Of a stretch of 33,559 nucleotides of DNA, positions 33,300 to 33,559 are shown one piece after another. Both the position numbers and the translations under genes were made by a program. Each line of letters starts with the position of its first letter. The first letter of the stretch is position 1. The stretch is from a virus. Lineage: Duplodnaviria; Caudoviricetes. The stretch is from the IMG/VR virus record IMGVR_UViG_3300011335_000354, positions 1-33,559 of that record, one strand, 5' to 3'. The notes beneath the pieces were generated by a model. That model saw only the letters and a program-made list of their open reading frames with translations, did not search any database and had not been told where the DNA came from.

Positions 33300-33559
33300 T
33301 TAGGCTGGAACTGCTAACGCAAATGCGCTAGAAGACAAAGCTGCACCAGTTGTAGCGGCAGTACGCATGGCTTTCACACCATACAGAGTGTCCGATGTGA
33401 ACAAAGTAGCAAGGTAATCTTGCTTGTACTGAGTCTGTGAACGGATACCAACTTGCTCAACCAAAACCATAGAGTCCTTGTGACCCATCAAGCAGATACG
33501 ATCAGCGCCAGAGTTACCAGCACCAAAGTCAGCATTGCTTGTTGTGTACACGGGGATAC
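33300..33559 (-). CDS. Major capsid protein, C-terminal part (enters from the window edge)
   Basis: Open from the edge: IPVYTTSN...GHKDSMVLVEQVGIRSQTQYKQDYLATLFTSDTLYGVK, a typical capsid C-terminal DxLYG motif. Confidence 0.9.
   Translation of the reverse strand, partial: IPVYTTSNADFGAGNSGADRICLMGHKDSMVLVEQVGIRSQTQYKQDYLATLFTSDTLYGVKAMRTAATTGAALSSSAFALAVPA

Noticed and set aside
33300-33559. Direct circularisation joins the two capsid fragments in frame (…DTSL-S-IPVY…)
   Set aside because: The product would be only ~214 aa, short for an HK97-fold capsid, and there is no end overlap. An in-frame join has a 1 in 3 chance, so a gap is more likely.

Overview
A nearly complete (~33.6 kb) circularly permuted genome of a tailed phage with a podovirus-type (P22-like) virion module. 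The window starts and ends inside the major capsid gene, and its middle appears to be missing. The minus strand carries terS, terL, portal, scaffold, capsid, decoration protein, a run of small basic proteins, adaptor, tail hub, tail fibre, three ejection proteins and an extended lysis cassette (GH19 endolysin, Rz/Rz1). A non-coding stretch at about 5280-5580 is the likely genome end. It is followed by an AT-rich early operon of small genes (ArdC-like, sliding-clamp-like, acidic proteins), a lambdoid replication/nin-like block (replication initiator, RusA, Ref-like nuclease) and a recombination block (Sak-like SSAP, HNH, SSB-like). I saw no integrase, CI-like repressor, DNA or RNA polymerase, tRNA or CRISPR array. 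The most notable observations are: (1) the 1021-aa ejection protein carries an SGNH hydrolase domain plus five periodically spaced TonB-box-like motifs, and a Fur-box-like palindrome lies near the presumed genome end; (2) a TAGGG-N4/5-CCTA palindrome sits 37-38 nt upstream of the -10 box of four promoters; (3) an inverted HNH gene interrupts a late gene, supplies a recoded 5' end, and keeps a stop-free antisense frame ending 1 nt before the new start; (4) covarying hairpin pairs and identical stop-RBS-start junctions occur in the early region. All family assignments come from motif recognition by eye, not database searches.
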